Assembly (NCBI GenBank): GCA_964016885.1
Contig: OZ024740.1
Location: forward strand, 165,478,001-165,542,000
Origin: Eledone cirrhosa
Lineage: Eukaryota
Direction: 5' to 3'
Length of the DNA: 64,000 bases
The notes beneath the pieces were generated by a model that was given only the letters and a program-made list of their open reading frames with translations, was not told where the DNA came from and made no database searches. This document shows positions 25,448-39,104 of the stretch, in pieces (the stretch's first letter is position 1; every line of letters begins with the position of its first letter). The translations under genes were made by a program, and so were the position numbers.

Positions 25448-28400
25448 ATTGTTATACTTGGGGAGGGTCATATTTGTGTAATATTGCCAGAATTAATAAC
25501 AGAACACACTCACTGTTTGGTTGGTTTTCGCTTCTCGCTTCTGTGTCTTTTATATCGGTAATCTAACTTACTCGGCCCTCAATGTTGCAATTGACTGACC
25601 GACGGTCAAAAATAATACAGATACAATATAGACACAAACACATATATATAGTTTATCATAAAGCTTTCGTTGCACATCTGCAACATCGTCAGTGGTGCTA
25701 TCGTTTCCTCCTGTTGTATTGTATGTCTACGCCATTTTTATTCAGTCTGTCTATATATTTATTTATTTATTTGCTTGTTTGTTTATTTTATTTTATCTTC
25801 TTTGCGCATGCGTTTGCGTGTGTGTATAATGTTTTGTTTCCTGTGTGATGGGTGACTAGTGTGTGTTTATGTGCTTGTTGTTATTGTCCTTGTGTATGTT
25901 ATTGTCCTTGTGTATTGTCCTTGTGTTGTTATTGTCCTTGTGTATTTATTTATTTATTTATTTTATTTTATTTACTTATTTATACTTCTCTTAGGTCAGT
26001 GTTGTTTGTTTGGGTGTTGTTGTTATTCCATTCATTCTTTCTGTTTAGTCTTGGTCTTCTACTTTCTATTTCACTGGCCTCTCTGATTTGCCTATCTGCT
26101 GGGTCATTTCTATGTTTAGATATTATTCTAATTTCTATGTTGTCTATGTTACCGTGATGTTGTTGTCTAGCATGTTCGTATAGTACTGACCCGTTTTTTC
26201 GTCCTTTTAGTTCCCCCCCGTGTTGGTCTATCCTTTCACCTATGCTACGAGCTGTCTCACCTATGTATGTTGTTGTCATGTTTCTGCAAGTACCCTCTGT
26301 ACATCTTATGCTATAGACTACGTTTCTAGTTTTACAGTTTATGCGGGGGTTTACCTTACATATGATACATTTCCTATTGGTACAGTGGGTTTTCTTAAAA
26401 GGGTAGGATTTGCTGATCAGGGATTTTATGGTGGTTCCTGGCTTTTCTATCACCTTAATTTTTAAGTGAGTCTTTCTCAGGGCCTTTCTACACTGGTTAG
26501 CTAATTTCCCTCCAGGGGTAGCGTCCACAAACATGACACTCTGGTATCTCTGGTTGTCGTACCATGAGGTGGCTTTCCCTATCTTATGTCTAGCCCTATC
26601 TATGCTATTCCATGATTTGCTCCTGTATAATGGGCAAATTCCTTTCATATCCAGTTCTATGAGGGTCTTATACTTCTCCATGGCTCCTTCGTATACTCTG
26701 ACTCTGTCTCTTTTGTTGTAGCCAGAGAACTGCATGCGGTTGATGAAGTGTTGGATGTGTCTTTCTATTTCTGTTGGGTCGCACATGCGGGACACATTCT
26801 TCATCACTCGTACCAAATCTGCGATTAGAATATTAAACTTAGCACTACTGGACATTGCTGAGTTTTTGAGTATCAGGTATTTGGAGGCCATGGGTTTAGC
26901 ATAGTGTGAGTGGAGAATTTGGGCTCTCTCGTCTATAGTGTTAATCCAGAGTTCTGTGTCTAATACAGGTAGTCTATTGTTAGGGTGTTTGAAAGGGAAG
27001 TCGATAGTTACAGTTATACTCTGGTGTATGGAATTAGCTATCTGCTGGATGCTTTCCATTGTGCTACGTTCTAAATCAAACTTGTTAGTGTTCTCTAGTG
27101 GGGATGTTCTTATAACTATATTGATATTGTCTACATGACGAGAGTACATGATGATGTCTATGGAGCTCTCATTAAGGAGATCTTTAAGTCTCCTTTCCCA
27201 CCATACCATGAAAAGGTTGGCAACATCACCAGCTATGCTGACGCCAATAACTGCTCCCTCATTTTGGGTGTAGATCTTTTCCTTGTACTTAAATATGTGA
27301 CCCTTTAGGGTAGTATTGATACTAGCCCCTATTGCATGTGCGACCATTTTTCTTACCTGATCATTATTTTGGGGGCTCCGTATAGATTTGGTCCACCCAA
27401 TCCACCTTCCCATGGGAGTCTTTTTTGCCATTGAGGTTATGGTGGGGGTCTACCTCTTATAGGTCTACTAGGGCAGAAACGTCTAAGGTCATGGCTGTCT
27501 AGGTAGTCAGTGTCGTAGGTAAGTCTAAGTAGGAGGCCCAGTTCGTCTGTGTCGACGTTGCAGAACGCCACCTCACTCTCAATGATCATCTCCACACATC
27601 TTTTCACAGCAAAATCAATGTTAATGGATGGGTACAGTGACACCACATCCATGCTGCTTATTATGCAGTTGGATAGGTTCCTGTTTTTGTTACACTCACT
27701 GATTCTGCTGAGGAGGTCCTCTGTACTGTCACATACATTGGGGACATCTTGATTATGGGGCGTATAACCATTGAGAGGAAGTAGGAGATCCTGTAGTTAC
27801 TAGCTATATTAGCTCCGCATACGGTTCTTGTTGGTGGTCCTGTTGTCGGGTCGTCGACTGTCTTGTGGTCTTTGCGGAGTCCATACAAGGCTGGTATGCC
27901 ATTGTTAGACGCCTGGAATTTGTTGGCAGTGCGTCTGCTTGGCTTTAGGATGTCAGTCCACATCATCATGTGAGCGTTGAGGATTTTCTCTCTCCCATCG
28001 TGTGTTTGTTGTGCAATTTCGCTCGTGTTGGTGATGTGGGGTTGCATAGCCTTGATGTAGTTCGGCATGCTGTCTATTGACATCCTACCAGACTTATCCC
28101 TGGGTAGACATTCTACCTCACCATCCCTTGTGCGCTGCTTGAGGCTAACCAAGCCTTCTACAGGTTTCCTCCCAAGTTGTTGCGCCTCTGGTCTGCTCTG
28201 TCTCTTAGTATACATGTCTACTATTTATCTAATCTTATTTCTAGCTATGGTGAACTGTGCCTCTGTCTCGTCATCTATGTGTTGTGGTATGCAAACTCTT
28301 TTATTAAAGGGTAACCTCGTAGGATAGATATTACCCATCTTATATGTTTTGTCAGCTGGGTTGAAAAATAGTTTCTCTAAGGGGTTGTCATTATATCTAT

Positions 28401-29388
28401 CGTCATAGTTGTGTGTGTTGCTATTATTGTTATCATGGTGGTTCTTGTTGTTTCTATCATTAGCATTATTATTATTGTTATGCTTGCTAGATGTATTGTT
28501 GTTTACCTCACCGTTATTGTTGTTGTTACTGTTATTTCTATCATTGTGGTTGTTACTTTGATTATGTTTCTTGTTTTTGTTGTGTCTATCATTGATGTTG
28601 CTACATGTACTTTTCCATTATTACCACTGTGGTTATTGTTGTTGTTGTTCGTATTGTTACCGTTATTACTACTGTGGTCACTGCTGCTGTGTCTGTGGTT
28701 AATGTTTCTATTATTATTATTATTGTGGTTGTTGTTGTTCTGTCTATCGTTTGTATTATTACCATTATTACTATTTCTCACTTTCCTGTTATTGTTATTG
28801 TTATGGCTGTTATTTCTATACTCAGAGTTATTGTTTATATTACTACTACCGTTATTATTGTTGTTGTTGTTGTTGTTGTTGTTTTCCTTTGCATTCCAAC
28901 GTATTTTTGTGAAACACTTTTCCAGCTCCGTTTTGACTCAATAGGGTTAATCTTTTTGTAGATGGCAAAATTTGGTGGTAGCCGCAGGATTTGTTGTTCT
29001 TGTTCACTGATTAAATTGTTCCCATAAATATTTACTGTGTGGTCATTGATAAATTCTTACGGTAGTTTTACATAAGTCATACGGATATTGTTGATGTTGC
29101 AGATGTGCAACGAAAGATTTATGATAAACTATATATATGCGTTTGTCTATATTGTATCTGTTTTATTTTTGACAGTCGGTCAGTCAATGGCAACATTGGG
29201 GACCGAGTAAGTTAGATTACCGATATAAAAGACACAGAAGCGAGAAGCGAAACCAACCAAACAGTGAGTGTGTTCTGTTATTAATTCTGGCAATATTACA
29301 CAAATATGACCCTCCCCAAGTATAACAATATGTGTTTCGACACACGATTTCATATAAAAAAACCTCGCAAAACTAATTCATCCCCGCT
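25448..29388 (-). mobile_element. Penelope-like retroelement, family A, copy 2 (5'-truncated, with inverted pLTR plus tail at 29090-29388)
   Basis: ORF pieces 25980-27431, 27437-27652 and 27661-28215; pLTR 25448-25980 with HHR at 25655-25696; both ends in TA tracts. Confidence 0.94.
25980..29090 (-). pseudogene. Frameshifted PLE RT plus GIY-YIG ORF (catalytic YVDD altered to HVDN)
   Basis: ORF track: YSRHVDNINIV; NVVYSIRC..YIGETARSIGERIDQH; N-terminal LRLPPNFAI..ELEKCFTKIRW followed by an Asn/Thr-rich tract. Confidence 0.9.
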
Positions 29389-29405
29389 ATATATAAATAT
29401 ATATT

Positions 29406-29528
<123 letters not shown>

Positions 29529-29759
29529 TCAGAGCAAACAGCACGGACACTCTATCTCAAAATTATTTTTGAAAAGCATTTAGAAATGCGCATCCGGTAA
29601 AAACTTAAAAACTTAAAACCACAACTGAATACTAACCCATACAATCACTAATACTCTTTTATTCCTAATTAAACCATTTTTCAACTGTGAACAATTTGTC
29701 AGCATTTTCTATTCCGTTTACCAATATATAATAACTTGTGTGTTACACCTCTATTCTTT

Positions 29760-29822
<63 letters not shown>

Positions 29823-29826
<4 letters not shown>

Positions 29827-30406
29827 AGTATTTCAGTCGGAAAGGTACAGGAAAAAAAGTGTTCTATGTAGGCTACAGAGCTTAATAGTTATGTAATAAA
29901 CAACATAAGATAATTATTTCATTTACCAGTGGTTTCTTGAAGGCAGATGTGTCTGTCTTCAGTCTTCAGAATGAATAAATAACATGGTGTTTATATTAAA
30001 TATGAAAGTGTGCATGTGGATTTCTATGTACATATATTCTGCGTGCATATATATCTGTGCATATATATGTGGATATATTTATGTTCTCGTTCGTATTTCT
30101 ATGTAGACGCAAATACGCTTATGTTAGAGAGTATACGTCTACGTATTTGCGCGTACTTGAGTGTGTGTGTGTTTATGTTCTGGATATTCATTTTTTTAAA
30201 TATATATATTTTTTTTATAATTTGTTTCCCCTATTTCCTTTTTGCCCATTTTTTCAGCCTCACTTTCATATTTCATGAATTTTATTTTCAAATTTTCAAT
30301 AAAAACAGCATATTATTTATTCATTCTGACGACTGAAGACAGACACAACAACTGCCTTCAAGAAACCACTGGTAAATGAAATAATTATCTTGTGTTGTTT
30401 ATTACA

Positions 30407-30411
<5 letters not shown>
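29823..30411. mobile_element. Family E non-coding insertion: inverted pLTR plus tail, spacer, direct pLTR; HHRs at 29918-29975 (-) and 30320-30380 (+)
   Basis: Plus copy: TTCATT CTGACGA cTGAAG...CTTCAa GAAA CCA c TGG TA AATGAA; flanked by (TA)n. Confidence 0.82.
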
Positions 30412-30456
<45 letters not shown>

Positions 30457-30856
30457 TGCGTATGTGTATTCGTAATTTAGCAATCCATGTCTCCTATGGA
30501 TATTTTTCCTTGTCCATTTTTCAATATATATATATATTCATTATGTTTAAACTTTATATATATATGTATATCAAGAAAGAAGAGTGACATGGTTGAGTAT
30601 ACACTAAGGGCTTTATTCACATTGCTGACAATTGTTTCTTTGATCTGGTAGGTCTAGAGTTCGCTAATCGCTTGATGCTGCGTCAATCGATCTCCAAGTA
30701 TAAACTACATAGAAATCACCGCGAACTCGAAGCATCACTATGGAAACGTCTTGTTGAGTCAAACTAAGCCATACGTTAATACCATCCACTACACGGAGTA
30801 CTCTAACTGTAAAACATCTAAGTGGACTACCTATAACGATAACCTGCGGTTATCCC

Positions 30857-30918
<62 letters not shown>

Positions 30919-31129
30919 CGTTTTTGAATTTGTTTAGCAAGATTCTTTATCTGAAATCGTGTGTTGAAACCGATATTGTTATACTTTGGGAGGGTCATGT
31001 TGCCAATAAGAAACACACGCACCAGTTGCTTTCACTTCAATTTATTATAATAAATTTATAATAAATTTATAAATTTATAAATTTCTGGTTGGTTGGTTGG
31101 TTCCACAACCAGATAGTTGTTTATATATT

Positions 31130-31172
31130 GTCATAGTTCTTTCGTCACACACTCTGTGACCTCTTCAGTGAC
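31130..31172 (-). ncRNA. Minimal type I hammerhead, family B (inverted copy)
   Basis: Reverse complement is identical to 35584-35626. Confidence 0.8.
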
Positions 31173-31826
31173 TGGGGATTCCTTTCTTTGTTTCTGTGCC
31201 TCTCCTTTGTTCTGTCCTACGCCATTTTGTTTCTGTGTGTGTTGTGTGCTCAGTCTGCGCATGCGCCACATCCGGGTGTCTGTGTGTGTTTATGTTCATT
31301 TATTTATTTGTTTATTTACATGTTACTGGTTGGTTGTTTGTTCTATGTGTGTGTGTGTTTTCATTTTGTCCTTAATTGTAAGTTGTGATGTTGCTGTTCC
31401 ACTCATATTTTCTATTTAATTTTGGTTGTAATTCTTTTATGTTTATTGCCTCTGTGATTTGTCTAAACATTGCGTCTTTTCTGTGTGTAGATTCTATTTT
31501 TATTTCTATGTTCTCTAATTTACCCATGTGTTCTATTTTAGCATGTTGGTAGAGTACAGATGATTCTTTACTATCTTGAAGGTCTCGCCAGTGTTCATTT
31601 ATCCGTTCCCCTACACTACGAGCTGTCTCACCTATGTACACTATAGTTTTGTCTCTACTTTGTCATTCAGTACATCTCATGCTATACACTACATTTCTTG
31701 TTTTACAGTTAATATGGGGGCTTATTTGGTTTCAACAGACGATTTCAGATAAAGAATCTTGCTAAACAAATTCAGAAACGAAATATCGTAAGCCTTAGCC
31801 AGGCTAACAAGATACTGAAAACCACC

Positions 31827-34800
31827 ATGTTCTGTTGTCTACGAAAAACCATAACATCTCGACAACTACACTTCATAAAAGAATGTGCCTCGTCCCAAGT
31901 TTACACCAACACCATCAACACCGACGTAAGAAGATTACAACTCACCAAAAAACAAGCAGATAGGCTAAAACGAACACTAATTCTAAACATAAAAAAGAAG
32001 ATCTATAGAGAATTAAGTCATCAAGAAAAACATAAGCGTAACCTAATACAAGTAATAGCTAGGATCACCACACCAAGAGAGAAACTAATATTCATACGCC
32101 TTATACGTCCTGAAGAACAGTACATTACTCAAGAATGTGATAAGCACATTAACAAGAAACTAAAGTGGCTTAAGCAGATAAAGCTAAATCAGGATACTGT
32201 AGAGAATACCAATAGATATTACGACAAAATTGACGGTATAAATATGGCCGACACCTCATTAACAGATGAGTTCAACAACAACAAAAACACAAATATATAC
32301 GGCAACACAGTAATAGTTGACGACGAGTTATCTGTATTACGTCTACCCCCCGAAATTTGCGACATTCAAGAAGGTAAATATGATTAGTTGTCTGTCAGAA
32401 ATAGAAAAATCATTTACAAAACTACGCTAGAGCCTCAAAAACAAAAACAAAAGCAACAATATACGCACACACATATACAACACACATCCCAACAACAACA
32501 GACACACAGACACAAACAACAATAACAACAACACACACACCAACAATAATAACATACCCAGAAACAACAACAACAGACACGCAACAACAATAACAACGCA
32601 CACAACAATAATAACACACACGGAGACAACAACAACACACATCAACAACAGCACACATCAACAACAACAACACACACACATTCAATGCCTCTCACCACCA
32701 CCACAATCTTAACAAACACACAGACACAGAAAACAAGTAATGACACTAGCACAGAAATCACAGAAATAAGGGAAAGTAATAGGATTAAAAGGAGAAGGGA
32801 GACTAAGGACAAAGAAAATAACCAAGACGAACACACAGACACACAAAATAAGGTAGATAACAACAATGAGCCAGTGGAAAGAGACAGGAGTAATTATAAG
32901 AGACATAGAAACAACCATGAGGCTGTTGGTGGAAATAGAAATAGAAACAACACAACTAACAATAACAATAGCACTAGTACACATAAAGCAGTAGCCTGGA
33001 ACTCTACTTTTTATAATCCCTCCGATAAATCGTTCGACCTGCGACGAGTCCACGCCACGACTTTACCATTTAACAAACGCACGCAATTGCCGTCGCAGGT
33101 CGATGAACAAACAGAAGCACAATTTAGTATAGCTAGATACGAACTTAGAAATATTATAGAACAGTATAGCAAGAAGCATAATAGAATGGAGGCCCAGCAA
33201 CTGGGAGAAAAATCTGCAAATGGCTTGCGTAAGCTCATGCAGCGCTCGCGTAATGGAGAGATAGCATGCTTTCCAACAGACAAGTCTGGCCGAATGTCGG
33301 TTGACAGCCTGCCAAACTACATCCAGGCAATGCAACCCCACATCACTAACACAAGAGAGGTAACACCACAGGAGCATGAGGATAGAGAAAAAGCCCTCAA
33401 TGCCCATATGGTGATGTGGACGAATATAATGCAGCCCAACAAAAGGACTGCCAACAACTTCCAGGCCTGGAACAATGACGTGCCGGCGTTGTATGGGCTT
33501 CGAAAAGACCATAAAACGGGCAGTGACCCTGTCGCAGGACCACCAACACGGCCAGTCTGTGGAGCTAACATTGCTAGTAACTACAGACTGTGCTACTTCC
33601 TCTCCCTCATCATACCCTCCATCATTGAAATGTCCCCAGATGTATGTGACAACACGGAGGACCTCCTCAGCAGAATCGGCGAGAGTAACCGATCTAGGGA
33701 CCTAACAAACTGCATAATAGGTAGTATGGATGTTGTGTCCCTGTATCCATCTATTGTTGTGGATTTTGCTGTGGAGAAATGCGTAGAAATGATCAGTGAG
33801 AGCAATGTTGAGTTCCATGGGATTGATACCAGTGAGCTGGGACTCCTACTTAAACTTAGCTATAGTAATAATTACCTAGACACATATGACCTTAACAACC
33901 TGTGCCCTACAAGAACAGCAAGAGGCAGACCACATACCATTACCTCAATGGCCAAGAAAACCCACACAGATAAATGGAACGGGTGGACCAGAGCCATACG
34001 GACACCCGAAAACCACGATGAACTGAAGAAAATGATTGCACATGCGGTAGGGGCCAGCATAAAACTAACCCTTAAGGAACATATGTTCAAATTTAATGGA
34101 AAAAAATATGCCCAAGAGGAAGGAGCAGACATTGGTGTTAGCATTGCAGGCGACATAGCTAACTTATTCATGGTATGGTTGGACAGTAGACTTAAACTTA
34201 AACTTAAAGAACAATTAGAAGACCCCTTAACCCTGATAATGTAGTCCCGCTACGTTGATGATATAAACATCGTAGTTAAGACACCCCCACTAGAGAACAG
34301 TCAGGAACTAGAGAAAAACACAATTGAAAGCATCCAGCAAATAGCTAACTCCATCCACCAGAGCATTAGAGTTACTATAGACTACCCAAGTAAACACCCC
34401 AACCATCGATTACCTGTACTAGACACAGAGCTCTGGTTAGATACCATTAATAACAAAAAGCAAATCCTCCATTCCCATTATGCCAAACCCATGACTTCCA
34501 AACATCTGATCCACAGAAACTCGGCCGTTTCGGACCATACCAAAATCAACATACTGATTGCGGATTTGGAACGGGTGATGAGAAACGGGTCCCGCATGTG
34601 CAAACCCGAAGAACTAGATAGACACATACAACACTTCATCCACCGTATGCAGTTCTCTGGCTATAATCAGAGAGATAAAATCAGAGTGTATAGAGGAGCC
34701 AGAACCAAATGTGAAAAAATGGTAAATAATGACATAAATGGGACCTGTCCCTTGTATAGGAGCACATTTTGGAATAGAATAGAAAGAACTAGGAACAAGG

Positions 34801-35382
34801 CTAATAGAATAAACTCATGGTATGATAGCAATAAATACCAGAGTGTAATGTTCATCGATACAACCCCTAGAGGTGAATTAGCTTACAAATTTAGAAGGGC
34901 CCTAGATAAACATAAACTCAATATTAAGATAGTAGAAAGACCAGGTACCTCCGTAAAAACACTTATTAGCAAGACATACCCTTTTCAAAGCCCCCAAATG
35001 TATAGATAAGAAATGTATAACCTGTAAAATAAGCCGCCATTTTAACTGTAAAACTAGAAATGTAGTGTATAGCATAAGATGTACTGAAGGACAATGTAGA
35101 GACAAAAATATAGTGTACATAGGTGAGACAGCTCGTAGTGTAGGGGAACGGATAAATGAACACTGGCGAGACCTTCAAGATAGTAAAGAATCATCTGTAC
35201 TCTACCAACATGCTAAAATAGAACACAGGGGTAAAATGGAGAACATAGAAATAAAAATAGAATCTACACACAGAAAAGACGCAATGTTTAGACAAATCAC
35301 AGAGGCAATAAACATAAAAGAATAACAACCAAAATTAAATAGAAAATATGAGTGGAAGAGCAACATCACAACTTACAATTAA
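31827..35382 (+). pseudogene. PLE polyprotein (N-domain, low-complexity tract, RT, GIY-YIG), interrupted by a few stops and frameshifts
   Basis: PTDKSG, LYGLRKDHK, MDVVSLYPSI, QEEGADIG, RYVDDIN, YIGETARSVGERINEH, RQITEA. Confidence 0.92.
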
Positions 35383-35583
35383 GGACAAAATGAAAACACA
35401 CACACATATAGAACAAACAACCTACCAGTAACATGTAAATAAACAAATAAATAAATGAACATAAACACACACAGACACCCGGATGTGGCGCATGCGCAGA
35501 CTGAGCACACAACACACACACAGAAACAAAATGGCGTAGGACAGAACAAAGGAGAGGCACAGAAACAAAGAAAGGAATCCCCA

Positions 35584-35626
35584 GTCACTGAAGAGGTCAC
35601 AGAGTGTGTGACGAAAGAACTATGAC
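35584..35626 (+). ncRNA. Minimal type I hammerhead, family B pLTR
   Basis: GTCA CTGAAGA g GTCACA gagtg TGTGAC GAAA GaaC TA TGAC; CUA triplet. Confidence 0.82.
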
Positions 35627-35775
35627 AATATATAAACAACTATCTGGTTGTGGAACCAACCAACCAACCAGAAATTTATAAATTTATAAATTTATTATAA
35701 ATTTATTATAATAAATTGAAGTGAAAGCAACTGGTGCGTGTGTTTCTTATTGGCAACATGACCCTCCCAAAGTAT

Positions 35776-35837
<62 letters not shown>

Positions 35838-35997
35838 TTAAGGATACTATTTATGGTTATGTATATAATAAAACATTTTATCGTTATATATATTTAAACT
35901 CTTAATAGTGAGAGACAGTAATTCATTACTATCTTATTACCAGTAAGATAAATAGCTCAATGTAATAACATCAGTTGTTTTACAGAGCAGTTATATA

Positions 35998-37908
35998 GAA
36001 ATTACATGAATCAAAGTTCAGTTTAAATCATTTATTTGCTTACAACTGTTTCCTCCAAACCGAGGTTTGGATTCTTCGCAGCAACTATTTAGTGATTTTT
36101 CACATACTTGACCTCCTTATCAACACAAGAGACATGCAAAAACATATGTATATATTGACCCACAGTGGGTTGACATCCATCATAATGATATAGCATGGCA
36201 ATTTACATACAAAGGTTACATTCATATTACAGGACAAAATTAAAGTTATAATTAGAATAAAAATAAAAATAAAAATAAAACATTGGCAGTTTATGAAGAT
36301 AAAGCAAGAGGAAAGTTTAGAGTAGTCAGTGTATGAAACAGTCTCACGTGTGGCATGCACGCGTGTCTTATTTATACAGGATTATAGTGCGGCAGATTGT
36401 TACATGTAAAAACAACCAGTAAAAGCAATCAATAGCATCATGGGGGCTGTATTGTTAAAGCATTTTTCACACACACCTGTACGATATATAAGCCCGTTTG
36501 TAGAGAATGACCAAAAATATCAAAAATATTACAAATGAAAAGCAAAACAGCACCACTGTCCTCGCACCCACCACCATTCACATAATCCAGGAAACGCAAT
36601 TTATAGTTTACATGTCCATCACTCAATCCACGGTGATACAACATTGGGTGTCTGTTGAATCATGATATAAATCATATCTTGTCGTTTCTTAATTTTATTC
36701 ATAGATCAGGATGTTTTTGTTGTGAGAGATGTATATAACTCCCGGTAAGCTCTGAGTCATTGTATGTCTGAATGCATGGCAAAGTTAAATTTAACTTTGC
36801 CATGCATTCAGACATACAATGACTCAGAGCTTACCGGGAGTCATATATAGTAATAAGACCCTGCCAGGTTCTGCGGGTGAACTACACTTACAAAGATCAT
36901 TGATTTGGAGGTCTGACTCTTCTTGTAGAATGTTCGGTTGTGGCACTCCATGATAGAAGGTAATCATTCGGATATGAACACCTTTAGTACTTCTTGATAG
37001 ACTACACTGTAATTTATAGATAAGATACTTAAATTTAGAAATTGTTTATAACGTTATATGATAGGGACTCATTTGAAACACCATTAATGTACTTTAGGAT
37101 GATAAATTTAACTATGATTATCAGCTAGTTACCTCACCTTACGCATTAACTCCCCTTAGTCACACACACACTTCCTGAATATAACACAATGTCATCTCTC
37201 ACAACAAAAAACAGCCTGATCTATGAATCAAATTAAGAAACGACAAGATATGATTTATATCATGATTCAACAGAGACCCAATGTTGTATCACCGTGGATT
37301 GAGTGATGGACATGTAAACTATAAATTGCGTTTCCTGGATTATGTGAATGGTGGTGGGTGCGAGGACAGTGGTGCTGTTTTGTAATATTTTTGATATTTT
37401 TTGTGTTTCTCTACAAACGGGCTTATATATCGTACAGGTGTGTGTGAAAAATGCTTTAACAATACAGCCCCCATGATGCTATTGATTGCCTGCTTTTACT
37501 GGTTGTTCTTACATGTAACAATCTGCCGCACTATAATCCTGTATAAATAAGACACGCGTGCATGCCACACGTGAGACTGTTTCATACACTGACTATTCTA
37601 AACTTTCCTCTTGCTTTATAACTGCCAATGTTTTATTTTTATTTTTATTTTTATTCTAATTTTAACTTTAATTTTGTCCTTTAATATGAACGTAACCTTT
37701 GTATGTAAATTGCCATGCTATATCATTATGATGGATGTCAACCCACTGTGGGTCAATATATACATATGTTTTTGCATGTCTCTTGTGTTGATAAGGAGGT
37801 CAAGTATGTGAAAAATCACTAAATAGTTGCTGCGAAGAATCCAAACCTCGGTTTGGAGGAAACAATTGTAAGCAAATAAATGATTTAAACTGAACTTTGA
37901 TTCATGTA

Positions 37909-37912
<4 letters not shown>
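35998..37912. mobile_element. Foldback structure: ~730-bp inverted arms (35998-36731 and ~37193-37912) around a ~460-bp spacer
   Basis: The arms are near-identical reverse complements with small indels; no recognisable ORF. Confidence 0.85.
36738..36841. repeat. Perfect 104-bp palindrome with no spacer
   Basis: Centred between 36789 and 36790 (AAAGTTAAA|TTTAACTTT). Confidence 0.95.
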
Positions 37913-37992
<80 letters not shown>

Positions 37993-39020
37993 ATATATAT
38001 ATATATATATTATAGTGAGAGCATTAGAAAACCTTTTGGGATTTCTTGTTAATGATAGAGATGCCACAGAATTCTCCATGTCGTACTAAAGCAGTTGTGT
38101 CTTGCCTTTGAGCTACCACAAAGAAATTTCTTCTTTCACTTTAGTGATATTGTTATCAATCTGTGTCAGGTTTAATCCGTATAATTTACTGAGATACTAT
38201 GCGGGGAATTGAACGTAGCCTAATATATAACAACCTCTGAAATGCAGTATCTCCCCATTGGACTAATTGCAGATGTGTTTTTTGCATGCAAGTAATACAG
38301 ACAGTTCTTCGATTGTTATGTGAAATAGTGTGAGGGATTCATCCTTACTGGAGTAGCTAGCATTAACGATGACATGTGGCTATCAAGGAAACAGCAGCAA
38401 CAACATTTTACTAAGAGTAGACGGACTATTACTTTCGAATAACAGGGCCAAAATTATAATCCTTAGTAAGGATGCTATTCTGCACAAAAGCAACTATATT
38501 CATTTTCAAGTTAATGGATGCATTGGCTATGCCTCGTTTGTCCTGTTACTCTGGAAAGAGATATTCTATTCAACAATTGATTTGTTAACATGTTTCAATT
38601 TTACTTCCAAACACAAAACAATATGCTTGTTTCAGGTGAAAGACATATTATACCAATATACATTATTTGAGACAGCAAGGCAGCCTCATCGTGGTGGATA
38701 GACTTGCTAGAGATAATAGTTAATTCTTTAGCATTTTATACTCTACTGTTATAGAAAAAGATTCATTGGATAATGTGGTCCTGGATGTACAGTGTCTAGG
38801 AAGAAGGGATGGTCAAAACTAGAAATCTGTTCGATTAAGGTCGATCGGGGAGTAAACGCCAATGATAGTAACGTTTCAGTTATTGAAAGATTGGCATCGG
38901 AAGTGTGAAGGAGAAAAAAGAATCTTGCGGTAGTGATAAACAATAAATAAAAAAGAAAGAAGGATAACAGTTATGAAGGTTTAGTCTGATATTAAATTGT
39001 CAAAGGAAATCACAAATCGC

Positions 39021-39104
<84 letters not shown>

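Larger units (their letters stand above)
30917..35781 (+). mobile_element. Near full-length Penelope-like retroelement, family B, with a 5' inverted partial copy at 30917-31725
   Basis: ACCACC-ATG at 31827; ORF pieces 31827-32387, 32685-34244, 34491-35009 and 35065-35325; pLTR 35385-35781; (TA)n on both sides. Confidence 0.95.

Noticed and set aside
38010-38945. Possible old LINE fragment or exons
   Set aside because: No motif could be recognised with confidence.
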